In this document: positions 14,500 through 29,878 of the stretch, in pieces
How positions within the stretch are numbered: position 1 is the first letter of the stretch
Layout: each line of letters begins with the position of its first letter
Source of the DNA: Eledone cirrhosa
Taxonomy: Eukaryota
Assembly (NCBI GenBank): GCA_964016885.1
Contig: OZ024746.1
Coordinates: 6,076,001 to 6,140,000 of the forward strand
Length of the DNA: 64,000 bases
Direction of reading: 5' to 3'
The notes under the pieces: generated by a model
What the model was told of the DNA's origin: nothing
Databases searched by the model: none
What the model saw: the letters and a program-made list of their open reading frames with translations, nothing else
Position numbers and translations under genes: made by a program

Positions 14500-14645
14500 C
14501 CTATCATCCCATTTCTACAGCTGAGTAAACTGGAGCAACGTGAAATAAAGTGTCTTGCTCAAGGAAACAACACATCACCCGGTCCGAGAATTGAACTCAC
14601 AATCTTTCGATTGCAAGCCCAATGCTCTAACCACTAAGTCATATA
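14500..14645 (-). mobile_element. Second tRNA-derived SINE family
   Basis: CTGGAGCAACGTGAAATAAAGTGTCTTGCTCAAGGAAACAAC...GAATTGAACTC...CTCTAACCACTAAGTCA gives B and A boxes on the minus strand; a degraded relative lies near 27700-27800. Confidence 0.7.
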
Positions 14646-14679
14646 AACATAAGCCGTATAGACAAGCAAATTCCAATCG

Positions 14680-15720
14680 ACTGATTTTACCCCGACCAGT
14701 CATGATACCACTTACAAACCGACTGCGAAATTCTGTTCATGTAAATAATGAACAGGAGAGATGACAGTATGCACCCTTAGCAGATTCCGACTCTCACATT
14801 GAATGGTTTCGACTTAGTACCATTTATCCGAACACAAATACTCGGCCATTCGTATAGAGATAGATGGTGACCAGTTGAAAGCTCAGCCCATATCTTAACA
14901 CGAACATCCAGCACAGAATCAAAGAGGTCAGAGACAATAATGAAATCAATTATTGATATCTGTCCCCGATATCTTTATGTTGGAATGTGTTTATAATAGA
15001 GTCCGTTGCCAGAAGTTTAGTAAGGCCTCTCCATTCGTATTTAGATCTGGGTCGCCATTCCTTCCAATCACTCCTTTCCATGTCAGGTGGTCAGTGTCAA
15101 CATGTGCATTGAAGTCTCCCATCAGGACATATGGATCACTCTTTACTACATCTAGTCACTTCGTCAAGGAAGGACCTGTATTTGGACTTCTTATTTGGTG
15201 TATAGACTTGCACCACCCACAGAGACAGCCTAAGCTTCAAGAAACAAATCCTCCATCCTAACGAGCTCCAGTCCATAACACATACTGACAGCTGGGCTCT
15301 TTTTAGTATTCCCATACCCACCTAAATGGTGGAGTTTCCATCCTCCGTCCAAATCTACAGAATTAGAGCCATGGAACTTTGTTGAGGAAACCCCGATTAT
15401 ATCTAGTCAGTAGTATCTAACCTCCGCCACTATTTCCTGATCCTTAGCTGTAAGGGCTGTGATATTCCAGGTTCCAACTGTTAAGGTTTATTCCCTTCCG
15501 GACCCTCTTTAGGGTCTCGGGATACGCAATGTACTAGGAGGGGATGGAACAATGGGTGACACCTGTAGCTCCAAAGAAAACTCATAAAGCCCAGTGACGT
15601 AGAACGAAGAGGCGAGGTAAGGCCGCTTCTAAAAAAGCCTAGTGTTCGTGTATTTGGCAATGTACTAGATAGGTGACTGGCGCGGATACGGCCACTGAAA
15701 GTGAAACTACAATATGATGA
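14680..15720 (-). pseudogene. RTE-type LINE 5' region with degenerate APE endonuclease
   Basis: Minus-strand motifs GTWNITAL (about 15475), GDFNAHVDTDHLTWKGVIGRNG..NTNGEALLNF (about 15120-15020), IDFIIV (about 14950) and STGHHL. Confidence 0.85.
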
Positions 15721-15904
15721 GGAAAACAAACTTGAACCATACTACATCGTCCTTCACGTGTGTTAAGAAAGGGCGCATTGAAGCCTTAGGTAGAGGGCTT
15801 GTTCGAAAATCTCAATTTTATGCTGCAAAACTGGTGATGGAGGCGTGGGGTGGATGCACAAAGATAATATAATGTAATATAATATAGTATTATATATATA
15901 TATA

Positions 15905-16085
15905 TAACGAAGGGAGTGTGGTAAGGAACCGGGTGGACCATAACGCACCAGAGTACTCAATACTTAGGGTAGTAGAGTGGGTAATAGAGTCAAGACCTCG
16001 ACGGCAGATCTCAAGTCGTTTCGACGGCTATTTCTGTCCAGAAATAGCCGTTGAAATGGCTTGAGCTCTGCTGTCGGGGTCCTGA
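15905..16085 (-). mobile_element. Family A pLTR fold-back insertion between (TA)n and (TC)n/(TA)n
   Basis: pLTR end plus hairpin GACGGCTATTTCTG|TCCAGAAATAGCCGT. Confidence 0.8.
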
Positions 16086-16087
16086 CT

Positions 16088-17673
<1,586 letters not shown>

Positions 17674-17930
17674 TTTATGTTACGTAGTTTTCCAATGGTG
17701 ATATATTTATTCTAATTGTTAAATTTAAAAACAATTTAAGAGGGAGGGAGGTATACAGAAGCTTCTAGAGGCGTTCTTTAGTAAACTTGTCACACAAGTT
17801 TGTCGAGTTTTATACCATAAAACACAAGCCCAAGAGGAACTGGAGTCATTATTTATATATATATTCCATCTGTGTTGGTCCAATATAGAGCAAGGAAGTT
17901 TTCATTACACACACACACACACACACACAC

Positions 17931-18023
<93 letters not shown>

Positions 18024-20442
18024 ACACACACAACACACACGCGCATATAAATATATAAATAAATACGATAAAATATGGAAATGTTTCAATATTTTTCAGT
18101 AAAATGCCGCAAAAACGTCTGTAGAAATTAGTGTTTGTTATAATATATCTGGAAGTTTGAAAAATGTTTTGTTCACTTAGTGAGATATTCTTCAATTTGT
18201 TTCCAAATCATCTTTATCGTTATAGTTTATAACTTTTTGACATTTATATAATTAGCGTGTGAAGTGTCTATCTATTTTAAGTTTGATGGCTCCCAGTAAA
18301 AGAAGTTAACACTTATTATCTGACAAAGATGAAATAATTCTATTTCATAAAAAAGCTCATAATTTAGAGACATAGCAAAACTACAAGAAACCAAATAAGA
18401 CTTTTCATTGTCCTTTATACATAGAATAAACAATAAATAACAGCCTAAAATAAGAAGGAATGACATTAGTTAGAAAAGCTCTTATGTAGAAAAAACATAT
18501 CTGACTTAATGAATTGAAACAAGGCGCAGGAAAAGAGAACTCGTCAACAGAAGGCAGATCATTAGCTTGATACGGAAGCAATGAATGGAATACATCCCGA
18601 ACTTGATTGAATGTTCTGGAATTTGTAGATCAGTTGCAGTGTAACAGGGTCCCCAATCAGTGGTTCCGACTCTGGCGAGGATCAGCCACGAGATCCACTC
18701 GTCGTGAACGTCAATTACGACGGAGAAGGTTTCGCGGCCTCCGCCTCAGACGTACGATTATCACTCCATCACGTGCAAGTGACCCATAGGAATAAGTTCT
18801 TATCGCCCAGCGCGTCTCCCTTGCTGTTCTCCGGAGCAATGTATTTTCCATTCATGTCGGCTGGGACCATGAAGTGGAGGAAGATACTCTCAATTTCTTT
18901 AAAATTATAGCTATAATTTGTTATGGATAGTACCTAAGCCTATTAGCTAGTCCTAAATACCTGGTTAATGTTGGTGGTGTACAGATTATTGGATTTCAAA
19001 CCCCAATAAAGTAGAGTTAGATGATTCAAGATATGTCATCAGAGGTTGCTGAAAAGCTCAAGTATAAGTTTCAGACAGGTAAAACATTTCATATATATGG
19101 CAAAATGAAGCTAATGCGGATGTTTGATAAGATAAGGTTTAACAGGATGGGTTGTGGGACCTGGAAGCTAACTGATATAGTGGTTTATTAACATTTTATC
19201 GCAGAACCCAGACGGAGAAATGTGGGTGAGTGGCGTGTGTTTGATTGCACAAGATTTATTTGTGGACTCGTAAATCCTAATGGCGTCATATAGTCGTGTC
19301 TCGGGAATTCTAAAACTGGTGGAGCCCATCTCCTCGTCAGGTCAGAACATGGTTGATTTCTTTCGTGTTCGAAGAAGGAGAGAGAAAGAATGAGAAAGAA
19401 AGATGGAGAGGGAAAGAGATATAGAGGAAGAAGAGAGCCCATTACAGGTCTTTACTTTTTATCGAACTGAAAAGGATGAAAAGGAAAGTTGTCCTCTGTG
19501 GGATTTAATGCAGATAACCGGAATGAATACCATAAAGCATTCTATCCAACATACTAATGGATGCCAAGTCACCGCCTAACACAAGATTTAACTTGATTCA
19601 TTCTCTGCAATGGAGTTCTGATTGTGTTTTAGGTCTGGAAGATTTCTGATATGATGTAAACTGACATTTTATGGTGGATCATTAAGTGAAAGCTAAACCG
19701 AAGAAAATTAATATTAAATGTAATGAAACCTTATTTATGACACGGAATATAAACAATAATAAAATATGTGCTATAGGAAATAAAGATAATTGATGACAAT
19801 ATTACTAAAATAATATATATTTAACAAAATACTGACAGAAGGTTTTATTATAGATGTAATTTGAATAAATATGAATTCTATTCCTTTCAGAGTTTGAAAA
19901 TAAATGCAATTGTATATGTAAATGAATATTTTTTCAGAAAATCCTGAATTTTTTTGCTGATTGTCCATTATTCTATGATTATACATATACACATAACGCA
20001 TACATACATACATACATTCACACATACCTATACATACATACATACATACATACATACATACATACATACATACATACATACATACATACATACATACATA
20101 CATACATACATACATACATACATACATACACACACACATACTCATACATACATGGATACATACTCTAATAACTGCATATCCACATGTACAGATAAAAGCA
20201 TATGTACATGCACACATACAACTCAAAACATCCACATCCACACATACAATAACATCCATATCTACACATGCATGCATACATCCACTTCTACACATGCATG
20301 CAAACATATCTACCTAGTTGATGTGTAAATTCCAATGAGAGGGTCTTGTGTCTATGTTAGAAACTGACTCTCGCTCTATTGGTAAAATTTATAAAATTAT
20401 AGAACCAGAAGAACATACACACATACACACACACATAGACAT

Positions 20443-20572
<130 letters not shown>

Positions 20573-21931
20573 TCAAACACGAGCATTCATCTACAAACAC
20601 GCACACGCACACACACACACACACACATACGAACACCTACCTACACACACAACATATAAAGAGTGTTGCTAAGTTCTTTGAACACATGATTTTTAATAGC
20701 TCTAACATTTTTCGAACTTGTTCTGATTATCATTTCTTTTCAGATAAATGACAAACATCCAGCTAACAGCCAATAAAACAGCACACTATAATGGTTGACT
20801 TAAAGACAGAGCGGAGTGTCCTTTCTTCCTCAACCTTACACGGGTGTTTGTTGTCAAAGTTTGCAAAGAAGTGGAAGCCGCTAACGGAGATTTTACAACA
20901 GTAGTCAAACGTCTGCTAAGGGTCCCAATACCATCAGAATATCCAGAATTGTACAAAATACGCAGAAAATTATTGATAAATACCCCCAGAAAGTCATTAG
21001 CGTGGTTGCTAGGATGCTCAAGGCCTCAGGAGATACTATCAGTCAATTAACCTGATTACTATGAGGCTCAATGCTTCAGGAAACACTATCAAAAACAGTG
21101 TGTAGAGGGCCTTCAATATAAGTTATACGTGATGTAGCGAGACCCCTGACTACGAAGGCAAAAGATAACCGCGTGATCCGCGTTTGTTGAGCAAATTATA
21201 ACATCAAGAGCCTGGAATGATTTGGTCAAAACCAAAAGGATGAAAGATTGTTACGAAACCTTAAAAATGTTCTAACACACAGTTTCCTACAACTGCGATG
21301 GTTCTGGATGTAGTAACGAGGGAGATGTTATGACCCCTCCCCTCTTTCCTCGGGATAGAGAGTGTGAGCAAAACCGTGCACATACCAACAATATCCTGTG
21401 TCGTTTCATAAGGCAACGACGACCCAAGAGTTACACTCTACACGAGCACGTCACCCCTAACTATGTCCTTGTAACACTCAAGACTTGAATCCGTTCAATT
21501 ACTATTTAGTCGAAAGGGAAGTAAATCAACCCTCCCATAACACTATATAATCTCTCGGTCTGCCACAACTTGTTTTGAAGCAGTTATTGATGCTAACGTT
21601 GGCCTCATTAAGAAGATGCGCTAAGATGAATCTCAACATTATTAATGCCAATTTCTTCTAAAAACAATTCTTTCTTGACACCCTCAAAGGACTGAGCAAA
21701 TCTGTACATATATATAAACTCACAAATTTGTTTAATTCATTATCAGAATTTATTATGGAAAAAAATAAACGTATTTGTAAATAAATGCTAACATAAGTAG
21801 AAATGAAAAACATAACTGTGAAAGATTAAAAAAGGGATTTTATAAAGAAATGGATCAAAGTTTAAGCACGTGAATATTTCATTCTCTCTTTAAAAAGAAA
21901 AAGGCTGACAGCCTAAAAGATTGCTATAAAT

Positions 21932-22076
21932 AAGTCATGGGCAAACTGCGGCCCGTTTCACTTCCTGAATGACACGCCTAATTTCAAAATTGCTTTGAAT
22001 GTTCTAATAGTGTGGTCCGCCGTCTGATGAACCACATACACTCGGCCCACTGCTTGAAAAAGGTTGCTCATGCCTT
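21932..22076. mobile_element. hAT-type MITE, 145 bp
   Basis: Imperfect TIRs AAGTCATGGGCAAACT / AGGTTGCTCATGCCTT, subterminal GGCCC motifs, and a perfect 8-bp TSD CTATAAAT (21924-21931, 22077-22084). Confidence 0.85.
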
Positions 22077-22204
22077 CTATAAATTCAACGTTAAGAACCG
22101 GGAGTAAAATTCTGAATAAATGACAATTATGTCAGACATTAAAAAAGGGCTATACATTTTGAAAAACAGTGACTTATTAAAGGGGAAGTAACTGATGTCA
22201 AAAT

Positions 22205-22405
22205 ATTGGTTGCTGATTTAGGCACAAGACCAGCAATTTTGGGTGAGGTTGAATGGCAGTGCGTTACTGGTACTTTATTTTATCGACCCCGTAAAGATAA
22301 AAGGCAAAGCTAATCTCGGTGGGATTTAAACTCAGAACGTAAACGGCCGTAACTCTATGCCACAAAGCATGTTGTCCGACGCTCTACCGATTACTGCCAA
22401 TCCAT
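22205..22405 (-). mobile_element. SINE, near full length
   Basis: Reverse complement of SINE body and head. Confidence 0.8.
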
Positions 22406-23058
22406 CATCATGACTGATATCAAAATATCAAAAAGTGTTTTATTATTGAATGGATAAATATATTTATGACAATCAAGTATTTCGTTATGTAAAATAAATA
22501 TATAAATCTAAACGAAATAAACTTTACGGAATTAACATAGAAATTATTGAGGTATTATGGAAATTAGTAATATGTGATGTTACTGCAAGTTAAGGGAGAA
22601 AAGGTATAGCAAATTATTATAATCATTGAGGAAAATTATTGCAAATAATTAGCCATTGAATAGAAATTGCCACCAACAAAAAAAAAACAAAAACATTGGA
22701 ACAAGTAGTTTGATAATATTATGAACAGAATAAAACTATTATATTCTAAAATTACAAAATAATTGTACAAATAGGAAACACTGAATTGAGAATATTAAAA
22801 GATTCTTAACGTTGGTGAAAATTAACTTTAAATTAAACAAAAGTTGAAATATATAAAATACTTGGTTTATACAACGACACCTACATATGTATAACTGGCT
22901 GATGAAATGACAAGAGCTCAGCCGTTGGGGTCCCGATTCTTTCTAATATAACCATACTCTACTACCCCAAGTATCGACTACTCTGGTGAGTAATGGTTTA
23001 ACCAGTTTCAAAGTGAATCTATCCTGATTTATATATATGTATATATACATACATATAT

Positions 23059-23406
23059 ATATCACAGAAAAAATAGAATCAGTGTTGCGACAAAAGGAAT
23101 TTATTGGACATATTACAATTGTTTCTCGGGTGACCAGCTCGGGGCACGATCGATATGGATTTCAGAGTCAGGTTTGATCACCATATCGATCGTGCCTCGA
23201 GCTGGTCACCCGAGAAACAATTGTAATATGTCCAATAAATTCCTTTCGTCGCAACACTGATTCTCTTTTTTCTGTGATATCATACTCTGCTCTACGAGGG
23301 CATTGAGTGCTCATACGGCCTACCGCATACGGACGCTTCAAGCATCGAACACCGACATTGAGTTCTTCATGCAGACTAGACCCCAGAACGAATTAACCGT
23401 GGATAT

Positions 23407-23411
<5 letters not shown>
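23059..23411 (+). mobile_element. Fold-back pLTR-like insertion (100-bp arms 23059-23158 and 23181-23280, plus 3' tail) in (TA)n
   Basis: Near-perfect palindrome containing GAAACAATTGTA and AATAAA; a relative lies at about 45900-46010(-). Confidence 0.8.
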
Positions 23412-23476
<65 letters not shown>

Positions 23477-23645
23477 TTCAAGAGTAACCCATAGGCAGAT
23501 CTCACACACTGCAGCCTCGACAGAAGAATATTGCTCGACTATGGCAGACAATAGATATACCCAGTACACCATAGTGAAATACCAATATATGGAACATTAC
23601 ATTCAATAACATACTTTCTTTATTTTAATTTATATTCCTTTTGAA

Positions 23646-23751
23646 GTTCCGATGAGCTGCTCTAATTTTTCCATCAACTGGACCAGATCAATAATGATCT
23701 ATAATCATTTGATCCAGAAACATTATATGGAGTAGTGAAACAATTGTAAAC
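23646..23751 (+). ncRNA. Type I HHR-like motif, core CCGATGA, long stem II
   Basis: GTT-CCGATGA-GCTGCTCTA...TGGAGTAGT-GAA-ACAATTGT-A-AAC; palindromic stem III, GUA triplet. Confidence 0.65.
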
Positions 23752-23883
23752 GGACATTATTAATAATATTATTATTATTATTATCATTATTCTCTACATT
23801 CCTTACATTAAACTAAAATTATGTTGACAATCTTTTAATAATGTCTTCCTTGTGAAATTTGTGGTTTTGTTTTTCGTAACTAA

Positions 23884-24190
<307 letters not shown>

Positions 24191-24312
24191 TATATATATA
24201 TATATATTATTTTTTTTTTATGTTTAAATGCCAACACAAGAGCAGGAATGATGTGCTCATTCTACTGACATGGCTTCAACCATAAATGCAAACGAATCGA
24301 AAAACTCAGATT

Positions 24313-24354
<42 letters not shown>

Positions 24355-24366
24355 GTTTAATATAGG

Positions 24367-24455
24367 AATGGCTTCTACAGGATTAGAACTGTTTCATCAG
24401 GAGAGCCCTGGAGATTTGTTTTGAATAAAACAGTTCTAGTCGTGTAGAAACCATT
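24367..24455. repeat. Small fold-back (28-bp arms) turning at a GAAAC..GTC HHR half
   Basis: AATGGCTTCTACAGGATTAGAACTGTTT / AAACAGTTCTAGTCGTGTAGAAACCATT; an unfolded relative lies near 58210-58245. Confidence 0.7.
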
Positions 24456-24769
24456 ATATAATATATAATGAGTAGAATAATGGAATAAGTAGAACATAAT
24501 TAAAGGATCACTATTATTGTCTCTTGAGGATAAATGTGGCAAGTTTAATTAAACTAAGACTAAGTGAAGAACAGAATGGAATTAAAAGAATTAATGTAGA
24601 GAATAGTTTGGTATTAGAAAGAGAAGTAGCCTGAGGTGTGTAATTTAATTGTCTCGACAGCAGGAGAATTACCACGCAGACAACACAGGTACAACCCCAA
24701 CCCCGCCCCATACGTTTATATAGTACATCTACAATTAGTATGGAGTGAATAATTTATGGTTTCGCTAAC

Positions 24770-24950
24770 ATTGGCTTTTCGAAGATCCCGTTAAGGGGGA
24801 AAGCAGCGATTATTTGCTTAAAGTTTAATCTGTTATTTTAATAAATATTTGCTCTAGGGTTCTTATATATTTGACACATATTCAACCTTATCGAGCCCTC
24901 TTTGCATTTTAGTCTTTACATTTATTATTATTACTATTATTATTTTATAT
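24770..24950 (+). mobile_element. Family B pLTR 3' end with HHR-like motif (core TCGAAGA)
   Basis: Homologous to 6920-7091; stem I is GCTTT/AAAGT here versus AGTTT/AAACT at 6923. Confidence 0.8.
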
Positions 24951-24957
24951 ATATATT

Positions 24958-25367
24958 CTAGGGCGGATAAAATTCCCAAGATCCATGGACGAGTTCTCTC
25001 CAGCAGTCTCTGTCGCTCATTATCGCTGCCATGTCCTGCGTCTCCAACAGATCAATGTCTGTCCTTAGGGCATCACCATACGTTAACCTTGGTATTCCTC
25101 TTCCAGTGTGTTCATGTAGGGGCTCCCACAGGAGCACTGAGTGCAATGTCAACTCTGGATGTCGGTGAGCATGTCCAGCAACCCTCAGTCTCCTCTCGGA
25201 TCACTTTTGAGCTGACTTGGAGACTTGGACACTGACCAAGAAACTCACTTAGATGGTGGATGAGTGCTACACGAGAATGGTGAGGATGGCTCTGAACGTT
25301 TATCAGTATACACTGAGGATGAAAAAGTCAGAGCTGTATGGGAGCCTCCCAAAAGTCAGCTCAAAGT
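24958..25367. mobile_element. RTE-X-like LINE 3' end with 5' inversion
   Basis: Minus 24958-25220 encodes RVAGHAHRHPE..VLLWEP..GRG.PRLTY.D.LRTD; plus 25225-25367 encodes the upstream part WTLTKK..YTRMVRMALNV..ELYGSLPKVSSK; short inverted overlap AAGTCAGCTCAAA. Confidence 0.8.
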
Positions 25368-25401
<34 letters not shown>

Positions 25402-25536
25402 GATACATATATATATATATATATCATATATATATATATATTATATATTATATATATTATATATATATATATTAGAAAGTGAGGGTTTTTTTACAAAATG
25501 AAAAATAACCGAGGTGTCCTACATGAGTGAAAGTTT

Positions 25537-25847
25537 AAAGAAAAAAAGATGAAATCGAAAATGCAACTGGAGTCTTATTTTTCTTTTAAATATATATATT
25601 TATTTGGTTCCTTTACCGGTTTCGCAGTTCTTCTACTTTCCAAAAGTAGAGTTGAGATGGAGGGTCTGTAGTTTTTCTCACATCTGAGAAAAACTACAGA
25701 CTGTGAGAAAAACTACAGACCCTCCATCTCAACTCTACTTTTGAAAAGCAGAAGAAATGCGAAACCGGTAAAGGAACCAAATAAATATATATATATTTTT
25801 TTTAAATAAGACTCCAGTTGCATTTTCGATTTCATCTTTTTTTCTTT
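25537..25847. mobile_element. Fold-back insertion with about 145-bp arms
   Basis: AAAGATGAAATCGAAAATGCAACTGGAG... mirrored; the centre contains a duplicated TGAGAAAAACTACAGAC. Confidence 0.85.
25738..25773 (+). ncRNA. Minimal type I HHR, U3-A8 core variant
   Basis: CTT-TTGAAAA-GCAgaagaaaTGC-GAA-ACCGGT-A-AAG, followed by AATAAA. Confidence 0.75.
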
Positions 25848-25863
25848 ATATATACACACACAT

Positions 25864-25898
<35 letters not shown>

Positions 25899-25907
25899 CA
25901 CACACAT

Positions 25908-25992
<85 letters not shown>

Positions 25993-26147
25993 GGTGTGTG
26001 TGTGTGTATATATTAGAAAAGGGAAGTGAGGTTCTATACAAAACAGGGGGTATTGAGAAAAGATGAGGTTGGAAATAGCACGGGAAATATATTTAAGGGT
26101 CTGTTTTTCTTCTTTGATTTGTTTGAAAAGATAGTGTTATTAAAAAG

Positions 26148-26470
26148 ATAATTGTTTCTACTTTTGGCACAAGGCCAGCAATTACCCAGTGCATTACTGG
26201 TACTTTATTTTATCGACCCCGTAAGGATGAAAGGCAAAGTTAACCTCGGCGGGATTAAAAAGATAATATTATTAAAAATGAGAGGCGGTGGATTGGCAGT
26301 ATCGGTAGAGGGTCGGACGCCATGCTTTCCAGCATATTTACGTCCCTTTACGATCTGAGTTCAAATCCCGCCGAGGTTAACTTTGCCTTTCATCCTTACG
26401 GGGGTCGATAAAATAAAGTACCAGTAATGAACTGGGTAATTGCTGGCCTTGTGCCTAAAGTAGAAACAAT
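26148..26470. mobile_element. Two SINEs in opposite orientation (26148-26255 minus, 26285-26470 plus, complete)
   Basis: Match to the SINE consensus seen elsewhere in the window. Confidence 0.85.
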
Positions 26471-27802
26471 TTTTAAAAAAGAGAGGGACAATTCTTTTTT
26501 GAGCATTTTTTATGAAGTATATAAAGTATATGAGAAAATTACCGGTATCGATGTATTAAGATCCATTTTGCCAAATTCAGTGAAAAACGTTAATTAAAAA
26601 GGAGCGAAAAAAGGTTTTAAATTAAAATAAAAATAAAAATCGAGTAAAATTTCTTCCATCATATATCCTGAAAAGTTGGCTGGGAATGAGGGCAAGTTGT
26701 TTTGTTGGTGTGAGAAATATGATGTAACCGTATTGTTTACTTTAGTGGTCAATAGTGCAAAAGGGGATAGGAGGTTTTAAGAGCTGAATACTGTGGTAGG
26801 TTGGGATGTCTACATACCCACACACATACATACACACACACACTTGTATAGAGAGAGTGTGAGGGTGTATATACAAGAGTACACACATGTGAGTGTGTGC
26901 GTACATGTATGCATAAATATGTGTGTGTATATATGTGTGGGGTTGTTGTGTGTGTGTATGTTTTTACAGTTTGTCTGTTATGTTTATTTTTGTAAAGGGG
27001 AACAGAGAAAAAATTCTTTTCTCTCCAAAATTCAGAAAATGGGCAAAAGTTAAGAGCTGAAATCCAAAGGATTCCCAGAATCCGAAAATGTAAAAATTAA
27101 AGAAGTTAAGAGAGTTAAGAAAACTCTTCCAAAAAACTTTTAAAAATACATTTCAAAAGAAACCTTAAAAAAATCTTTCTCTCCCCAAAAAACACCCTTT
27201 AAGAGAAATTTTTAAAAGATCTTAAAATATCTTTTCAAAAACGAGACACAGTGCGTGTATATATAAAAGAATGAGTAAATAAATAAATATATACAAAGGG
27301 AATTAAGTAACATTTTTTTCTACAAAATTCCCAAAATTGTCAAAAGTTAAAGGCTAAGAGCCAAAGGGTTCTCAGAATCCCAAAGTTTAAACATTAGAAA
27401 ACAAATGTTTCAGTGCGCGCGTGTGGGGGGGGGGGGGACTAATGAGGGTTATTACATATTTAGTTTTGGTTTAGATTTATTAATACATAGCTTTTCCTTA
27501 TTTATTCTTTGTTGTTGAGTGAAAGAATCGGAGCACTTGTAAAGGTGGAAGATTTTAAAGTTGGGGAGTTTCATTCCTGCACAATCTGCAATGTAGCTGC
27601 TTAAGGGGATTTTCCTTGTGTTTACGTCTCGGATTTGTTGGCGATGGCGAACACCCTGACCGCAAAGCTAGTATGGATATATATATATATATATAACGCG
27701 ATATAAAGTGCCTTGCTCAAGGACATAACATTCCACCTGCTCAAACATTGGAACTTATAGCCTTACGGCCATGAGTCGAACACCCTGACCGCGAAGCTAG
27801 TA

Positions 27803-27859
<57 letters not shown>

Positions 27860-28046
27860 ATGATAATAATAATAATATTTATAGTTATGTATATACTATA
27901 AACAGGAAAGGTCATTAATTTCTACTACCTTATTACCAGTGAGAAAAAAGCTCAATCTAAGAGCCTCAGTTGTTTTACAGAGCAGGAAAATAAAATTAAT
28001 AAATAAAATTAGACAATTATCAAAGTTGTGTTCAAATCATTTAATA

Positions 28047-28091
28047 GCTGACAATCGTTTCTTCCAAATTTTCGTTTGGAGTCATCGGAGC
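28047..28091 (-). ncRNA. Type I HHR-like motif, core CCGATGA
   Basis: GCT-CCGATGA-cTCCAAAcgaaaaTTTGGAa-GAA-ACgattGT-C-AGC. Confidence 0.7.
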
Positions 28092-29119
28092 ATTATCAAT
28101 GTTTGTACATATAATTAACAATCGTATAGAGACATATATATTGATGTTGTGAGCAACAGTTTTCTATTTATAGGGTGTACTGGATGCGACATATATCAAA
28201 CGAGAATTATACAATAATTCAAATTAAAAGCACAGAGTGGAATACATGCAACAGATAATACAAGAGAATAGTCTAATAATTAAAGAGTCATTGAGAAAGA
28301 AGCATTGAGAGAGGAATAGTACATTAGCAGTACATATGGAAGCGTGTAGAAAGTGTACATGCTTTAGTCATATATATGAGAAGGAAATACGCAAAGGTAT
28401 TATGCATATATAGATAAGTAAATACTGTATGGTAAGCAAATATGTTGATGTATTAAAATCTATGGCGGATGTAATAAGTAGATAATGTTCGAATTTGTGT
28501 GTGTTGAGAAGAACAAAGTTATTGCAGTCTTTTTCATTACAAATGTTGAATTATATTTGAGTTAATGTTTATATTGAATGTTTTAAGTTAGTTAAAGCAA
28601 TGGATTGTAAATTAGTCTTATTGTATTCTTATTCCTGGATTAGTGTTGTTCAACAGGTAGTTTTTCCAACGGTTTAATTTCCGGAAGTGAGTATGTGATC
28701 CAAGATTAAGAGGAGCTAATGCGTAATGGGAGGTAACCAGCTAATAAATCCAATTATTTAAATACTTTGCTCTAATACACATTATAATGTGATACAAGTG
28801 AATCTCTATTACATAATGCTATATGTTTATACATAATTTTAAATACAGTCTATTTTCCTATAATACGTTAAAGGTCTCTTTAGATAGTTATCTATTCATT
28901 ACTGGACAAGATATATGTTATGGAAAAATTGTATAGCTGTTTACATGACCAAGTAGTTATATCATTTTTGTAATATATACATTATTGTGTTAAAAGTTAA
29001 TCCCTTATATACAATGCTATTACTAAATACGAAACTGTTTCTCACAGCATCAATATATATGTATCTATATGATTGTTCAGTTGAATAGGAGGTTAATTAT
29101 ATGTACAAACATTGATAAT

Positions 29120-29163
29120 GCTCCGATGACGCCACACGAAAATTGGTAGAAACGATTGTCAGC
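29120..29163 (+). ncRNA. Type I HHR-like motif, core CCGATGA (second arm)
   Basis: GCT-CCGATGA-cGCCA(9)TGGTa-GAA-ACgattGT-C-AGC; stem II sequence differs from the 28047 copy but still pairs. Confidence 0.7.
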
Positions 29164-29226
29164 TATTAAATGATTTGAATACAACTTTGATAATTGTCTA
29201 ATTTTATATAATAATATATACATATA

Positions 29227-29291
<65 letters not shown>

Positions 29292-29299
<8 letters not shown>

Positions 29300-29597
29300 T
29301 AAAAAGGAAATGAAAATGCTGACAAATTTTTCCCAGTGAAAAATTGATTAATTAGGAATAAGTATCAATTAGTAATAAGTATTAGTTAGTATTCAGTTTT
29401 AGTTTTAAGTTTTTAGCGGTTGCGCAAGCATTATAAATGCGCAACCGGTAAAAACTTAAAACTAAAACTGAATACTAACTAATACTTATTACTAATTGAT
29501 ACTTATTCCTAATTAAGGAATTTTTCACTGGGAAAAATTTGTCAGCATTTTCTTTTCCTTTTTACTAATATATCACAACTCGTGTGTCACACCTCTA

Positions 29598-29605
<8 letters not shown>
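29292..29605 (+). mobile_element. Family C fold-back insertion (about 135-bp arms) turning in HHR stem II
   Basis: Centre CGGTTGCGCA-aGCATTataAATGC-GCAACCGGTA; homologous to 57597-57770. Confidence 0.85.
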
Positions 29606-29661
<56 letters not shown>

Positions 29662-29723
29662 ATATATATACATATAACATATATATATATATATATATAA
29701 TATATTTATATATATATATAATA

Positions 29724-29788
<65 letters not shown>

Positions 29789-29823
29789 CATATATATATA
29801 TATATATATAATATATTTATATA

Positions 29824-29870
<47 letters not shown>

Positions 29871-29878
<8 letters not shown>

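Larger units (their letters stand above)
27880..29207 (-). mobile_element. pLTR-type element with inverted terminal copy (arms about 28001-28163 and 29031-29207), flanked by (TA)n
   Basis: Inverted arms each carry the same HHR motif; no protein recognised in the spacer. Confidence 0.75.
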
